DNA from: Octopus sinensis
Taxonomy: Eukaryota
Direction of reading: 5' to 3'
NCBI RefSeq assembly: GCF_006345805.1
Contig: NC_043017.1
Span: 10,788,001 to 10,852,000, forward strand
DNA: 64,000 nucleotides
The translations under genes were made by a program, and so were the position numbers. Under the pieces are notes generated by a model, which did not search any database, was not told the origin of the DNA, and worked only from the letters and a program-made list of their open reading frames with translations. Below are positions 1-13,418 of the stretch, piece by piece; the first letter of the stretch is position 1, and each line of letters begins with the position of its first letter.

Positions 1-433
1 AAAAGGCTTTTTCTATTTCTATTCCTGAGCGCTATACTAATACATTTGTTTGTTTGTACTCCACCTGCCTTCATCTTTTGTTTATTTTCGTAAACTTTCC
101 CTTTATATCTATATATATATATATATATCTGATCTGCCTTTCTGACTTGCTAGGGTACCCCCACACCACTCCTTTAATTCTACTACTACTGCCTGCTACT
201 AGCCACTGTCCACCATACACACACATACACACACACGCACACACTCACACACACACCCTAGTCATCTCACACACCTTTTTTTACCATTCCCTCTTTGATT
301 CAGCTCTCCTGTTTTTAAAAAACATTTTCCTCCTTTTTTACCACTTCCGTCTTTTTAGTATGTGACCTCGTGAAGACTACCTGCAATTTTTTTTCCCCTG
401 TCCTCCCGTCTCGGGATCTTTCTTTCTCCTATG

Positions 434-467
434 TTTCCGACGAAGAGCTCCGCTCGAAACGTCATAC
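434..467 (+). ncRNA. Minimal hammerhead ribozyme-like motif (Penelope pLTR type, U4C core)
   Basis: gttt-CCGACGA-a-gagc(tcc)gctc-GAAAC-GTC-atac; stem I imperfect. Confidence 0.6.
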
Positions 468-558
468 CCTCCTTCTTCCATTTTCCTGAGCGCCTAATAA
501 TAATAATACTGTAATTGTTCCACGTGTTGTTGTTTTTTCTGTTTTCCCGTTTGGATTA

Positions 559-597
<39 letters not shown>

Positions 598-1194
598 TAG
601 GCACGGGCATGGCTGTGTGGTTAGGGAGCTTGCTTCCTAGCTATATGGTTTCGGGTTCAGTCCCACTGCGTGGCACATTGGGTAGGTGTCTTCCACTATA
701 GCCCCGAGCCGACCGGAGCTTTGCGATTGAATTCGGTAGGTGGAAGTTACTGCCGTGTGTGTATGTGTGCGTATAGCTGCTCAGTGCCTCTCCGAAAGAG
801 AGAGAGAGTACTGGAAACATTATTATGGATTTTTAGAGAACACTATATATTTTGCTTGTTTGGTTATTTAAATGAGACAAATGAGTTTAAATCATATTAA
901 TTTTCATACAATTACGACTGTACATTCTCTGACTCTGATTTTTACAACGGCTTATAAGGGTTTCTAGTGACATCTGGCTATAATGAGCTTCTGTTGTGTG
1001 ACAACACTAAATTGTATTATGCGGCCCAGCTGCTGCAGCCCATGTTTCCTTCAGTTTTAGTCAAGCAGTGGTTGGTGCAAGGTGCTTGTTTGTGTTCTAG
1101 TGACTTTTTAGTTACTCTGTGTTGTATTAGTTACAAATCCATGTTGTACGTTGCACTTAAAGTGTAAAAAACGTTATTTCAATTCCAGGCTGAG

Positions 1195-2490
1195 ATGGGT
1201 AAGCAAAGAGACCAAGTCCCCATAAAATTAAACAAATAGAAGTGTATTTGAGGGATGCCTCAGTTAAACAGGGAGAAATTGCAAAGAGGCTAATTGTTTC
1301 AACTCAGATAATTAGTGCAGTTAAGGAAAATGGAAAAGAACAAGGATTTGATGGGAAAAAGGATTGGTAATTGTGGTAGGAAATGAGTAACAACTCCTAG
1401 GATTGCTAAAAAAATAAAAAGAATTTCTCTGAATAATAGAAGAGCATCTTGTATTAAGATTTCCTGTGAATTAATAGAAGAGAACATTATTGTGCATCGA
1501 AGAACAATTAGCAACAGACTTTTGGAAGGTGGATTACACGCATATCATCATCATCATCATTTAGCGTCCGCTTCCCATGCTAGCATGGGTTGGACGGTTC
1601 AACTGGGGTCTGTGAAGCTGGAAGGCTTCGTCAGGCCCAGTCAGGTCTGGCAGTGTTTCTACGGCTGGATGCCCTTCCTAACGCCAACCACTCCGTGAGT
1701 GTAGTGGGTGTTTTTTACGTGCCACCTGCACAGGTGCCAGACAGAGCTGGCAAACGGCCACGAATGGATGGTGCTTTTACGTGTCACCGGCACGGGGCCA
1801 GGCGATGCTGGCAACGGACATGAACGGATGGTGCTTATTGAAGGAAAAAAATCATGCATGGGCTAAAAATTATATTGATAGACTTTTGAGCAAAGGGAGC
1901 AGATAAGACTAATCTCAAAGAGTGGATGAAAGTCTTTATGTATTGAATCCATGATATTATTGATGAAATAAGATGTTACCATTGATTTTAGTCATCAAAC
2001 CAGCTTTACAAAAGATTATTTTAAAATAGTCATTAATTTCTGATTGTCATAGACTAAAACAAATAACTTGTTCTGGATGTCCTATTAATCAAATATGGTT
2101 CTCAATTGTTGCTGGTGGTGTTTTCAAATGAATTCACCATAGCAGTGCTCGATGATTGGGTGCAAAGTGTGAGGAGACCTGGTGAGGAATTTCGTCTGGA
2201 TTGTCTTCGAAAAACACTAAAATTTTCACAGAAGATTATGGTTTGGGGAACAAGTTTTACCCATGGAACAAGTTGCCTGAAAATAATCGAGGGAGCTACA
2301 TAGCGGTACTTAGAAGTAGACTAATACCACAAGTTCAGGAATGGTACGGAGACAGGCATTAGATGTTCCATCAAGACTCAGCACCATGCCATACAGCAAA
2401 ATCAGTAAAGACATGGTTCGCTGAAAATGTTGTTAATGTACTCCCATGGTCAGGAAACTTGCCTGACATGAATCCAATTGAGAGCCTATA
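1195..2490 (+). pseudogene. Decayed Tc1-family transposase, interrupted by a SINE at about 1545-1838
   Basis: Fragments CGRK.VTTPR, RTISNRLLEGGL, VFSNE, IMVWG, FHQDSAPCHTAKSV and LPWSGNLPDMNPIE, with stops and frameshifts. Confidence 0.85.
1545..1838 (-). mobile_element. SINE-like retroposon family C, (GAT)n tail
   Basis: Near-identical to 59161-59420. Further copies at about 8297, 11135, 24712, 28650, 39977 and 56552. Shared core gttggcgttaggaagggcatccagc. Confidence 0.8.
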
Positions 2491-3564
2491 CATGCTTCTA
2501 ACACTCCAGGTCAGACAGACTTGGGAACAGTAGCGGTTAAGAGGTGATTCCACATTCCTCAAGACCCTAGAATTCCCAAACATGGGACACCACTAATGGA
2601 TGCAGCTGAAAGTTATTTATACTCAGGACTTTTGAAATTAAAAAATAGCCTGAAATTAAGACGGGACGGTTACAATTGAAATGCCTTTGATCACAACTTT
2701 TGTTCAGTGTAGTTTGACCTTGAAGAAAAACATTGTCATCAAGAGGAACTTAGGTGATTTTCTACAAAGCTTTAGTATGACCCGCAGTGAAATACTGTAC
2801 ATGTATATCTAGGACAGTGTGGCTGTCACAATGTACAAACCCACTAATGATTCATTCAACAAACATTCTGTGTTTACTGGTTCAAGTCTGGCTGTGTCTT
2901 CTCCTTGCTGCTCCTAATGACCATTACTTTTCTGAATTAAAACTGCAGGTGTGGCTGAAAGATTAAGAAGCTTGCCAACCATGTGGTCTTTGGTTTAGTG
3001 CTGTTGCACAACACCTTGGCCAAATGTCTTCTACGAAAGCTTCTGGTTGTCTAAAATATCTTGTGAATGGATTTGGTCGACAGAAATGAAGTGTGTGTGT
3101 GTACATGTTGTTATGTATGTGAATGTTTGTATGTCTCTGACTTGGTATTGTTTTCATCTTGTTTCAGTCATTGGACTGTGGCCATGCTGGGGCATTTCCA
3201 AGAAGGGATTAACTGAACAAATCAACCCATGTACTATTTTTTTTTAATGTTTGGTTCTTATTGTGTCAGACACTTTTGCTGATCTGCTAAGTTAGTGGGA
3301 TGTAAAATAACCTACACCAGGTGTCAATTAGCGTGCTCTGATTTTTTGTCCGATGTCTTTTTGTCCACGTCTTTTCGTCTGTCTTTTTGTCCAGTGATTT
3401 TTTTTGTTCGACTTTCTGTCCAATTTTAAACAAACCCTTTCCAAAACAAGGTAAACATCGTGTGAATTTGCACTGAGCACAGCCTTCTTTCCTCACATCT
3501 CCAGTATTCAGTGAAAATCATAGATGTAATTACTTTCATCAACTACTTTTCTCCACTATCTGCT

Positions 3565-3944
3565 TTACTCTTACTCTTTTACTTGTTTCAGTCATTTGAC
3601 TGCGGCCATGCTGGAGCACCGCCTTTAGTTGAGCAACTCGACCCCGGGACTTATTCTTTTGTAAACCCAGTACTTATTCTATCGGTCTCTTTTGCCGAAC
3701 TGCTAAGTAACAGGGACGTAAACACACCAGCATCGGTTGTGAAGCAATGCTAGGGGGACAAACACAGACACACAAACACACACACGCATATATATACATA
3801 TATACGACGGGCTTCTTTCAGTTTCCGTCTACCAAATCCACTTGCAAGTAGAAGACATTTGCCCAAGGTGCCACGCAGTGGGACTGAACCCGGAACCATG
3901 TGGTTGGTAAACAAACTACTTACTACACAGCCACTCCTGCACCT
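3565..3944 (-). mobile_element. tRNA-derived SINE family A
   Basis: Head ggtgcaggagtggctgtgtagtaag with B-box-like ggttcagtccc, internal (TG/TA)n, tail aagtaaaagagt. Many copies in the window. Confidence 0.85.
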
Positions 3945-4295
3945 TTGATGTGGTTTCCATGATTGGATACCCTCCTTTAAGCCAACCGTTTTACAAGGTG
4001 CACTGAATGCTCTCTTCATGCCAACAACCCCAGTGAGGTTGCGATGCATCTTTGGAATACTACAAACCCCACCAGTCTGCCTGCCTATGTGTATGTATGT
4101 ATGACAGGCTTCTTTTAGTTTCCCTCTACCAAACCCACTCACAAGGCTTGATCAGATCAGGGCTGTAGCAGAAGACACTTGCCAAAGGTGCAGCACAGTG
4201 AAACTGAACTCAAGACCTCATGGTTGGGAACCAAGCCTCTTAGCCACACAGCCAGAGGCAAATTTTCTTGTTTTCCTCATGGTACTTATACAAAC

Positions 4296-4895
4296 GCGGC
4301 GAGCTGGCAGAATCGTTAGCACGCCGGGCGAAATGCTTAGCGGTATTTCGTCTGCCGTTACGTTCTGAGTTCAAATTCCGCCGAGGTCGACTTTGCCGTT
4401 CATCCTTTTGGGGTCGATAAATTAAGTACCAGTTACGCACTGGGGTCGATGTAATCGACTTAATACCTATGTCTGTCCTTGTTTGTCCCCTCTGTGTTTA
4501 GCCCCTTGTGGGTAATAAAGAAATAGGTATTTCGTCTGCCGTTACGTTCTGAGTTCAAATTCCGCTGAGGTCAACTTTGCCTTTCATCCTTTTGGGGTCG
4601 ATAAATTAAGTACCAGTTACAAACTGGGGGTCGATGTAACCGACTTAATCCGTTTGCCTGTCTTTGTTTGTCCCCTCTGTGCTTAGCCCCTTGTATGTAG
4701 TAAAGAAATAGGTATTTCGTCTGCCGTTACGTTCTGAGTTCAAATTCCGCTGAGGTCAACTTTGCCTTTCATCCTTTTGGGGTCGATAAATTAAATACCA
4801 GTTACGAACTAGGAGTCGATGTAACCGACTTAATCCGTTTGCCTGTCCTTGTTTGTCCCCTCTGTGTTTAGCCCCTTGTATGTAGTAAAGAAATA
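4296..4895 (+). mobile_element. SINE family B tandem trimer with 12-bp TSD
   Basis: One head (gcggcgagctggcag) plus three bodies, each starting ggtatttcg. TSD ggtacttataca at 4281-4292 and 4896-4907. Confidence 0.85.
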
Positions 4896-6010
4896 GGTAC
4901 TTATACACTGCTCAGTGTAATGTGGCATCTATTTACAGTTAGCATAATCTTGGACAAAGATGCATCAGTATTAACACTAGCAATGGTATTGATGTGTGTG
5001 AACCAGCTGAATGGTGAATCAACCACCCTGCATTTTGCATTTTCCTCCTTTTCTCATTTGCTTTTACCCGTATTGTGCTTCTCACATAACCTAGAAATCT
5101 CCTCCGCTATCAAAGCTCTTTATCTCCTTCACTCTTTTCTTCACACTTATCTTCCTCTCAATCCATTTGTTCTCTTTTTTTTCTCCTCTTCCCTATCTCA
5201 TTCTCTCTCTCTCTCATTCCATCCCCCCCTCCGTCTCTCAATGTGTCTCCGTTTCTCTGAATTGTCTCATGGACCATTTCCTCCTTATAGCTTCTTGGAA
5301 TAATTGTTTTGAGCCGGACCTATACATTCACACAATACACAAAGAGGAACAACTACAACAATAACAAAAATAGCAACAGTAGTAGTAGTAGTAATAGCAA
5401 CAGTGGTGGTGGTAGTAATAATAATAGTTTTATCAGTAGGAGCAACAGTAGGAATGATGATTAATACATGTCAAGACCTTTATAAATAGCTTTTGTCTGT
5501 CTGTTTTATCAAATAATAATAATAATAATAATAATAGTAATAATAATCCTAAGAAAAAAACACTCTCAAGCCGAGAATATCTGATTCTCTTAAAAACTGT
5601 TTCAAAACCAGACATATCACAAATTGAACAGAACCTCAGTTCTTAGATTCTGGCCCCTTACCCCGTACAATATATTCTAATCGTGAATAAACACCCTTAT
5701 GTAAGTAAAACATCCAACTTGCTTATTACTCGGGGGGTTTCTGGGTGAAACTCAGAACAGCTTGTATAATACAAACCAACAACAAAAATGATGACGACAA
5801 TGACGATAATAATAATAATAATAATAATCTTTTCTATTAAAGGCGCAAGGCCTGGAATTTGTGGGGAGGGAACTAGTTGATTACATCGACCCCCTGAAAG
5901 GATGAAAGGCAAAGTCGACCTCCGTGGAATTTCAACTCCAAACGTAATGATGGACAAAATACTGCTAAGCATTTTGCCCAGCATGCTAACAGTTCTGCCA
6001 GCTCACTGCC

Positions 6011-6011
<1 letters not shown>

Positions 6012-6046
<35 letters not shown>

Positions 6047-6262
6047 GCATTAATAATAATAGTAATAATAGTATTAATAATAATAATAGCATTAATAATA
6101 ATAGTAATAATAGTAATAATAATAATAATAGTATTAATAATAATAATAGTAATAATAATAATAGTAATAATAATAATAATAATAATAGCATTAATAATAA
6201 TAGTATTAATAATAATAATAATAATAGTAATAATAATAATAATAATAATAGTAATAATAATA

Positions 6263-6293
<31 letters not shown>

Positions 6294-6378
6294 TGATAGT
6301 AATAATAATAGTAATAATAATAATAGTAGTAATAATAATAGTAATAATAATAGTATTAATAATAATAATGATAATAAT
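6012..6378. repeat. Imperfect (AAT)n microsatellite
   Basis: AAT triplets with AGT/ATT interruptions; explains the poly-N, poly-I and poly-L ORFs. Confidence 0.97.
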
Positions 6379-6965
6379 GTTTCTACTAAAGGCCTGAAAT
6401 TTTATGGGAGGGGACTGGTTGATTACATCGACTCCAATGTTCAACTGGTAATTATTTCATTGACTCTGAAAAGATGAAAGGCAAAGTCAACCTCAGTGGA
6501 ATAATAATAATGAGAATAATCTTTTCTACTATAGGTACAAGGCCTGAAATGTTTGGGGAAGGTAATTATTTCATTGACCCTGAAAGGATGAAAAGCAAAG
6601 TCAACCTTAGTGGAATTTGAACTCGGAATGTAATTACGGATGAAATGTCGCTAACTTAGAAACGGAGAAAAACATAGTGCTAAGGATTCTGCCAGCTCAC
6701 CACCTTTATAATAACTATAACAATAATAATAATAAGGATTTCAAATTTTGACACAACGCCAGCAAGTTTGAGGAGGGGGTAAGTTAATTACATCGACCCC
6801 AGTGCTTGACTGGTACTCATTTTATTGACCCTGAAAGGATGAAAGGTAAAGTGAACCTCAGTGGAATTTGAACTCAGAATGTAGCAGCAGATGAAATACT
6901 GCTGAGCACTTCACCTGATCTGCCAGCTTACCCTTAATATAATAATATAATAATAATAATAATAA

Positions 6966-7515
6966 TCAAACTGCAGGAAGATAGATGCAAATAGGCCAGA
7001 CATCATATGAAAGACTTCAAACAAAGAACATTCCTCCTCATTGATATGACTGTCCCAATCGATATAAACGTATCTGTCAGGACCTACCAAAAACTGAGCA
7101 AATAAAAGATCTTGAAATGAAATCAGCAAAATGTGGAAGCTGAAGACTAAACAATACCTGTTGTCATAGGTGCCCTGGAATGATAGCAAAAGGGGCAGAT
7201 AGCTACCTAACTCAGATACCAGGAAACCCAAAAAGGCAGAAGTTCAAAAGATAGTGCTCATGGGAACTGCTCATATCCTACGCAAAATACTCTCTATGTA
7301 ACCTCAGGTTTAAAACAACCATAATTTTCGGTTTAAAAAAAAAAAAAAACTTTTTTTTATTTTTTTTTTAGACATTCATTAGTACAAACATCCCCACCCC
7401 AAATATATGGCACACTAGGCATAACAACAACATGAACTCCAACCCTGTTGTCTCTTGAGGTCTCTGGGTGAGACTTGGAGCCAACTTGTACAAATATAAA
7501 GCAAAGTCAAACAAG
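6966..7515 (+). mobile_element. R4/Dong-type non-LTR retrotransposon 3' fragment (RLE domain and 3' UTR)
   Basis: Decayed IDANRPDII...LIDMTVPID...PVVIGAL restriction-like endonuclease motifs. Flanked on both sides by (AAT)n. Confidence 0.8.
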
Positions 7516-7554
<39 letters not shown>

Positions 7555-7799
7555 AAAAAAAAAAAATTCTTTTATTGGCCACAAGGGCTGACAAATATGA
7601 TTGGAAAACATAAAGGGAGAAAACAGGACGAAAGGTTACAAAAGGTTTTGTCCGTTTGTGAAAAAAAAAACCGAGTAAAAAGCAGTTTAACAATCAAAAA
7701 TTTTAACAACGAAAAACTGCCAATAGAGGAGACGCTTTGAAAAAAAGAAAAGGTCTCACATAATAATAACACTAGTTGACATATACAATCTTCTTAAGT

Positions 7800-8075
7800 A
7801 CAAAACAGCCTGGTTATGGAAAATGAAGAAGGTGAAGATAGTGCCAGTTATTGTTGGGTCCTTGGGAACAGTGTCAGGAGGCATCAATATAAAGGAAATT
7901 GGAATAGAGTGCCCAGTAGAACTGTTACAAAAGGTTTGCCTCCATGGCATGGCTAGAGTACCCAGGAAAGTATTAGATAATTGCAAAGAACAGATAGTAT
8001 GGAGCCCTAGGCTGCAGGCAGCAAGCCTGCTGTGTGTGCAAGACTCCAGGAATTCCAACAAAACCCAAGTTAAAA
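7800..8075 (+). mobile_element. R4-like LINE RLE C-terminal fragment
   Basis: LWKMKKVKIVPVIVGSLGTV...LLQKVCLHGMARVPRKVL. Confidence 0.75.
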
Positions 8076-9477
8076 AGAATATTGTTTCCAATTTTAGTAC
8101 AAGGCCAACAGTTTTAGGGTGGGTGGGTGGGTGCCGTCGATATTCATTTTATCGATTCTGAAAGGATAAGTCAACCTCGACCAACTTGTCTTTCTTTTTG
8201 GTTGAGCACTGGGGTTGATGTAACTGACTTTCCCCCCACCTCTCTCCTGAAATTGCCGGCTTTGTGCCAAATTTTGAAACCACTATTACACACACACATC
8301 ATCATCATCATCATCGTTCGTTTTCCGCGGTAGCACAGGTTGGACGGTTCGACCGGGGTCTGGGAAGCCAGGGGCTGCACCAGGCTCCAGTCTGATCTGG
8401 CAGAGTTTCTACAGCTGGATGCCCTTCTTAACGCCAACCACTCCGCGAGTGTAGTGGGTGTTTTTACGTACCACCTGCACAGGTGCCAGGGGGGTCTGGC
8501 ATTGGCCACGATTGGTTGGAGCTTTTAACGTGCCACCGGCACGGAAGCCAGCCAAGGCGGCGCTGGCAACGGCCACGTTCGGATGGTGCTTTTTATGTGC
8601 CACCGGCACTGGAGCCAGTCGAGGCTGCGCTGGCATCGGCCACGTTCGGACGGTGCTTTTTATGTGCCACCGGCACCACACACACTCACATAAATACATT
8701 GTGTAGTTAATAATGGTGCAAGCATGGCTGTGTTGTTAAGAAGTTTTTCTCTGTCTGAATATCTGTCTAATGTCTGAATGAATGTTTGTGTCTGTCTGTC
8801 TCTGAGTGAACGCCTGTCTGTCTGAGTGAATGTTTGTGTGTGTGTGTGTGTGTGTGCATGTTTGTGTCTTGACATCACATGATAATTGTAAATAATGTGT
8901 GACTGTCATACAAGGAGTGTCATTGGTTTCTTGCATAAAAAGCATATTTGGTGATGGGGAAATATTGCCTTGTTATCATGAGGGGTCCTGGCTGTCCCTG
9001 GATCAAATCTCACTGCCTCATATTTACACCTTACTCTGGTTACTTCTATCACAGTTATCTTCATTAATCACCACTTTCTTGAATCAGCTAACAAATCACT
9101 TTGTGGTTATGTGACGTGCTAAAAATAGCAGCTAAATCTCCCTCAAATTATACTCCACTGTCTTAAAAAGAATTCGTTGAATAATGTGGTCCAGGGTTCT
9201 TTGTATATAAGAAAAAGGATAAGATGGTTATGACTGGAATGCAGTTGATTATTAATCTGTTTGATTAGGGCTGGCCTAGGGTTAAAAAACTTACTTCCAA
9301 TTATGTGGGGTTGAATATAATTACATCCCCCCAGTGGTATAGCTTTGTGTGTGTGTGTGAGTGCACATGCATGTGCCTCTTACCTCCTTGGTCCCTACAC
9401 CTCCCCGTCTATCACTTGATGTACCCCATCTTTGAGCTATCATTCTATCTGCCTAATCATTGCACTTTACTCCACAC

Positions 9478-9696
9478 CAGTGGTTTTCAACCAGGGTTCC
9501 GTGGAACCTTAGGGTTCCGCCAGTACAGTCCAGGAGTTCCGCAAGAAGTTACAAAATTGCTAAAATCGACAGTAATTTTTAATTCTCCTCTGCAGATAGG
9601 TGTGCATAAGACTATTAAATTATTGCACAGGGGTTCCTCGAGCCAGTGGAATGTTTCCTTGGGGTTCCACTCGAGCAAAAAGTTTGAAAAGCACTG
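9478..9696 (+). mobile_element. hAT-type MITE
   Basis: TIRs cagtggttttcaa / ttgaaaagcactg. 8-bp TSD ctccacac at 9470-9477 and 9697-9704. Second copy at 33585-34212. Confidence 0.9.
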
Positions 9697-10854
9697 CTCC
9701 ACACAGTTACTCGACCTGCTAGAAACGGCAGCCAAATCTCCTTCAAATCAGACCCTAACGTCTTAAAAACAAAAGTTGGTGGTGGATGGACATATTGGAC
9801 AAAGAGCCACCTGGACACACCATGGTTAATAGCCAAAACACAAAAAAAGAAAGAACCCCAAAGCAAAACAAAAAGTAGATGGTTTTTGGCTGCTGGTGGA
9901 ATTTTTGAGGTCTCTGCTATCATAGACCTGCTCATGAAGATAGCCCTGGGGACAAAACAAAGCCACTTAATGTTTGCACTGATGCTGGTATCTACCACCA
10001 CCACGTGATAATTCTCTAGGTCAGAGGACTAAACAGTGTCAAAGCGTTTGATATGTGAGTAGAGGGGAGAAGTAAGCCGACGGGGTGGGGCACTAACTGA
10101 AGATTTCTTTTTGCTTATCTTCCTATTGAATACAATGAAATAGAGCCGTCTTTATGTAATATTTCATTAAGTGGGATTTCCCCCCACCTTTGAATTGAAA
10201 AGCACAATCATACGTGCTTGTATGTAATATGTGTATGTATGTGTGTATACATACATATATCCGGTAACTGGTTTGTTCAGGCATAGCCTGAGTATAAATT
10301 TAGTCAAGTGAATGTGTATTTGGAAGTTGATTTAATTTCTGCCAACAATGACTTCAAGTATGTAATTGAAGCCAATAACTTGGGCTCCTTTTATTGAGCC
10401 TGGTCGCACTTCATTTAATTTTGTTCAGCATCTGGTGGTTGTCTTAGAGGTGCCCTGTCTCAAAAAATATCATTCATAACAGATGTTCTCTCGACATCCT
10501 CCACACACACACCTGACTCTGGCTCAGAAGTTACAGCCTGAGTTGTTATCTATAATTGTAAAAATTAAAAGTAATTCAAATTCAATGTTTTCTTGAAGCA
10601 ATTTCTCCTTCAAATCAGACCCTAACATCTTAAAAACAAAAGTTGGTGGTGGAAGGACATATTGGACAGAGAGCCACCTGGACACACCATGGTTAATAGT
10701 CAAAACAAAACAAAAAAACCCAAAGCCAAACAAAAAGTAGATGGATTAGGATTCAAATTCCAATCTATGAAAAGTTTTCGTTCTACAATATTCTTATACA
10801 CTGCTTTTATTTCAATTAATTTTGCAAATAATGAGGAGTTTAGTAACTTTGGTC

Positions 10855-11092
10855 ATTCATCATCATCATTGTTCGACCGTGGTCAAGACAATAGAATTTA
10901 CTATGTTATGCCAGACTTCATGGTCCATCATAGCATTACGGAGGTCATGTTGCTGGATGCCTGTATCCCTGGAGATTACATCAGGGTAGGAGAGTGTGCG
11001 CCCTCTGGTATCACGAGCAGATGGCTTCCAGAGGAGAATAGTAGAAATTACCTCGTTTTCAGCTCTACAACAATGTCCAGCAAACTGGACAT
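10855..11092 (-). mobile_element. RTE-clade LINE 3' fragment
   Basis: Minus strand reads QFAGHCCRAENEVISTILLWKPS...RGRTLSYPDVISRDTG...AMMDHEVW, followed by a (GAT)n tail. Confidence 0.75.
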
Positions 11093-13047
11093 TTTATCTT
11101 CAGAATCTTTTTTCAATAGAATTCATATATCCTTCACCATCCGAACGTGGCCATAGCCTGCGCCGCCCTGACTGGCCTCCGTGCCGGTGGCACGTAAAAA
11201 GCACCATCTGATCGTGGCCGTTTGCCAGCCTCGTCTGGCACCTGTGCTGGTGGCACATAAAATGCACCCACTACACTCACAGAGTGGTTGGCGTTAGGAA
11301 GGGCATCCAGCTGTAGAAACTCTGCCAGATCAGACTGGGCCTGGTGCAGCCTTCTGGCTTCCCAGACCCCAGTTGAACCATCCAACCCATGCCAGCATGG
11401 AAAACGGATGTTAAACGATGATGATGATGATTCACTGATGATTCCTTCTTCAAATTTTTCTCTGGGTGTAGTTCTTCCATTTGGACACTCCTACAAGCAT
11501 TCGTAACCTTGTTACCACTGTTATAATTACATCGTTATACAGTGGGAAGTATCCTTGTCACCACTGATATGTCCTGCATTATGATGTATTTCATTGTCTG
11601 CATGACTGGCCTGTATGGCGTACCTCACCGACTGACCCTGCTTGCTGTGTCTAGCCACTATTTATCAGTAGTGGAACAGCCCATTTCTCACTTGGGGGTG
11701 TCCACCACAACATGAAACAACATGAATTCTGATGGAAAGTTTGAATTTAGTTCTTTTTAAACCAAGAAGTTTATATAATAAAAACAGGGGCAATTTCAGG
11801 TAGGTTGGTCTCAAAAGGGTTAAAATGGCAGGTAGGGAACAGTATTTATAGGAAAGGCAGAGTGGCCACTTAGATGTACGGGCTGAGGACATGCCTATAT
11901 TCACATACGCACGTCCACAGAAATACTTGTGAATGCGAGATGGTGGAATGGTGGAGGTAAAGATCAGGAAGTGTGTGAACTACATTAGGGAAACCATTTG
12001 TTTATGTCTGCTGGGGAGGTTGTGCCATGTGTAACAATGGGATGCCTTTCCTTTATACTTAGATGAAGATCTGTGATGTGTGGCAATGTCAAAAATCACA
12101 CACTTAAATATCCACATGGAACAAGGTGTACATGAACTGGTTTAGCTGGGAATTGAACATGTGCCATAAATTTGGCACCACTCTGTGGGACTTTCATATT
12201 CAGGGTACCTCCTCCACCTGAAATCGCTGCCCTTGTGCCTGAATTTGAAATCATTATTTCTAATTTTTTTTTTCTCTTTGGACCCCCCCCCCCCCGAACC
12301 CGTATCAACTTTTTCAAGTTTCACTTGATAAGGAAAGTGAGGGTGGAGAGGAAAGTGCTGTCTTTTATTCAGTTTTATTGAAAGGTGGATAAATGTGGCA
12401 AGGGTTGGTCTAAGTGAACATCAATAGACTGAAAGAGGACAATGAGAGCAGAGGACACTTGTCCCACTGGTCAGGGTCACTGTGCTTTTGTGGGATTTCC
12501 ATGAGCAGCCTTAGGCAGCCTCCCCCTTTTGTAATTTACTGTTGTCCTTTCTTACAATCTCCTTTTACGTAGCCCCACATTGCGTTGTTCTGTATCATCC
12601 CCAATGTTTTTGTGAATCCTTAGGGGTTATTTCGGAAATTATATGTTCTAAGTTCAAATTACTTTTTGAGGTCAATAAAATAAGCACCATTCAAGTTCTG
12701 TTGATGTAATCAACCTTTCCCTCAAGAACTTCTGGCCCTCTGCCAAAATGTGAAACCATTATTACTACTTCTACTACTACTACTATTATTATTAAAGCAG
12801 TGAGTTGGTTGAATCATTAGCATGCTGGACAAAATGCTTAGCAGCATTTTATCTGTGTTTACGTTCTGAGTTCAAATTCTACTGAAGTCGACTTTGCCTT
12901 TCATCCTTTTGGGGTCAATAAAATAAATAGCAGTTGAAAACTGGGGTCGATGTAATTGACTTATCCACCCCCAACAAATTTCAGGCTTTGTTCTTATAGT
13001 AGAAAAGGTTATTATTATTATTATCATTATTATTATTATTATTATTG

Positions 13048-13383
13048 AGTGAGAGAGCAGTGCATGCCATCAAAGTGACACTGGGGTAAAATATACAAAA
13101 CCCAGTATACCCATCATGACTACCCGTCTGATAAGGGTACACTAGGCACATGCATCACAACCATATGTGCGCAACATGGTGATCTCATATCAAGATAAAC
13201 AGCACATGACCTTGCAGGTGGGGCCCAGTTAGAATTTTCTTCAGGTTGAGTAGCCCATCCCGCTCAAAAGGTCCCTGAATAAGGGTTGTTTAAGGATGTT
13301 AAACGAAACACCTATGTTTCCAAAGGTGAATTATCCAAACCCCAAAGAATCCCTCTCAACACATGGCTATGATGCTCCCCCAC

Positions 13384-13384
<1 letters not shown>
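13048..13384 (-). mobile_element. Interspersed repeat inserted in (ATT)n, probably a LINE 3' UTR
   Basis: ATT tracts on both sides. A diverged inverted copy lies at about 62560-62980. Confidence 0.65.

Positions 13385-13418
<34 letters not shown>

Noticed and set aside
5902-6477. Poly-Asn, poly-Ile and poly-Leu ORFs
   Set aside because: (AAT)n microsatellite flanked by SINE fragments.
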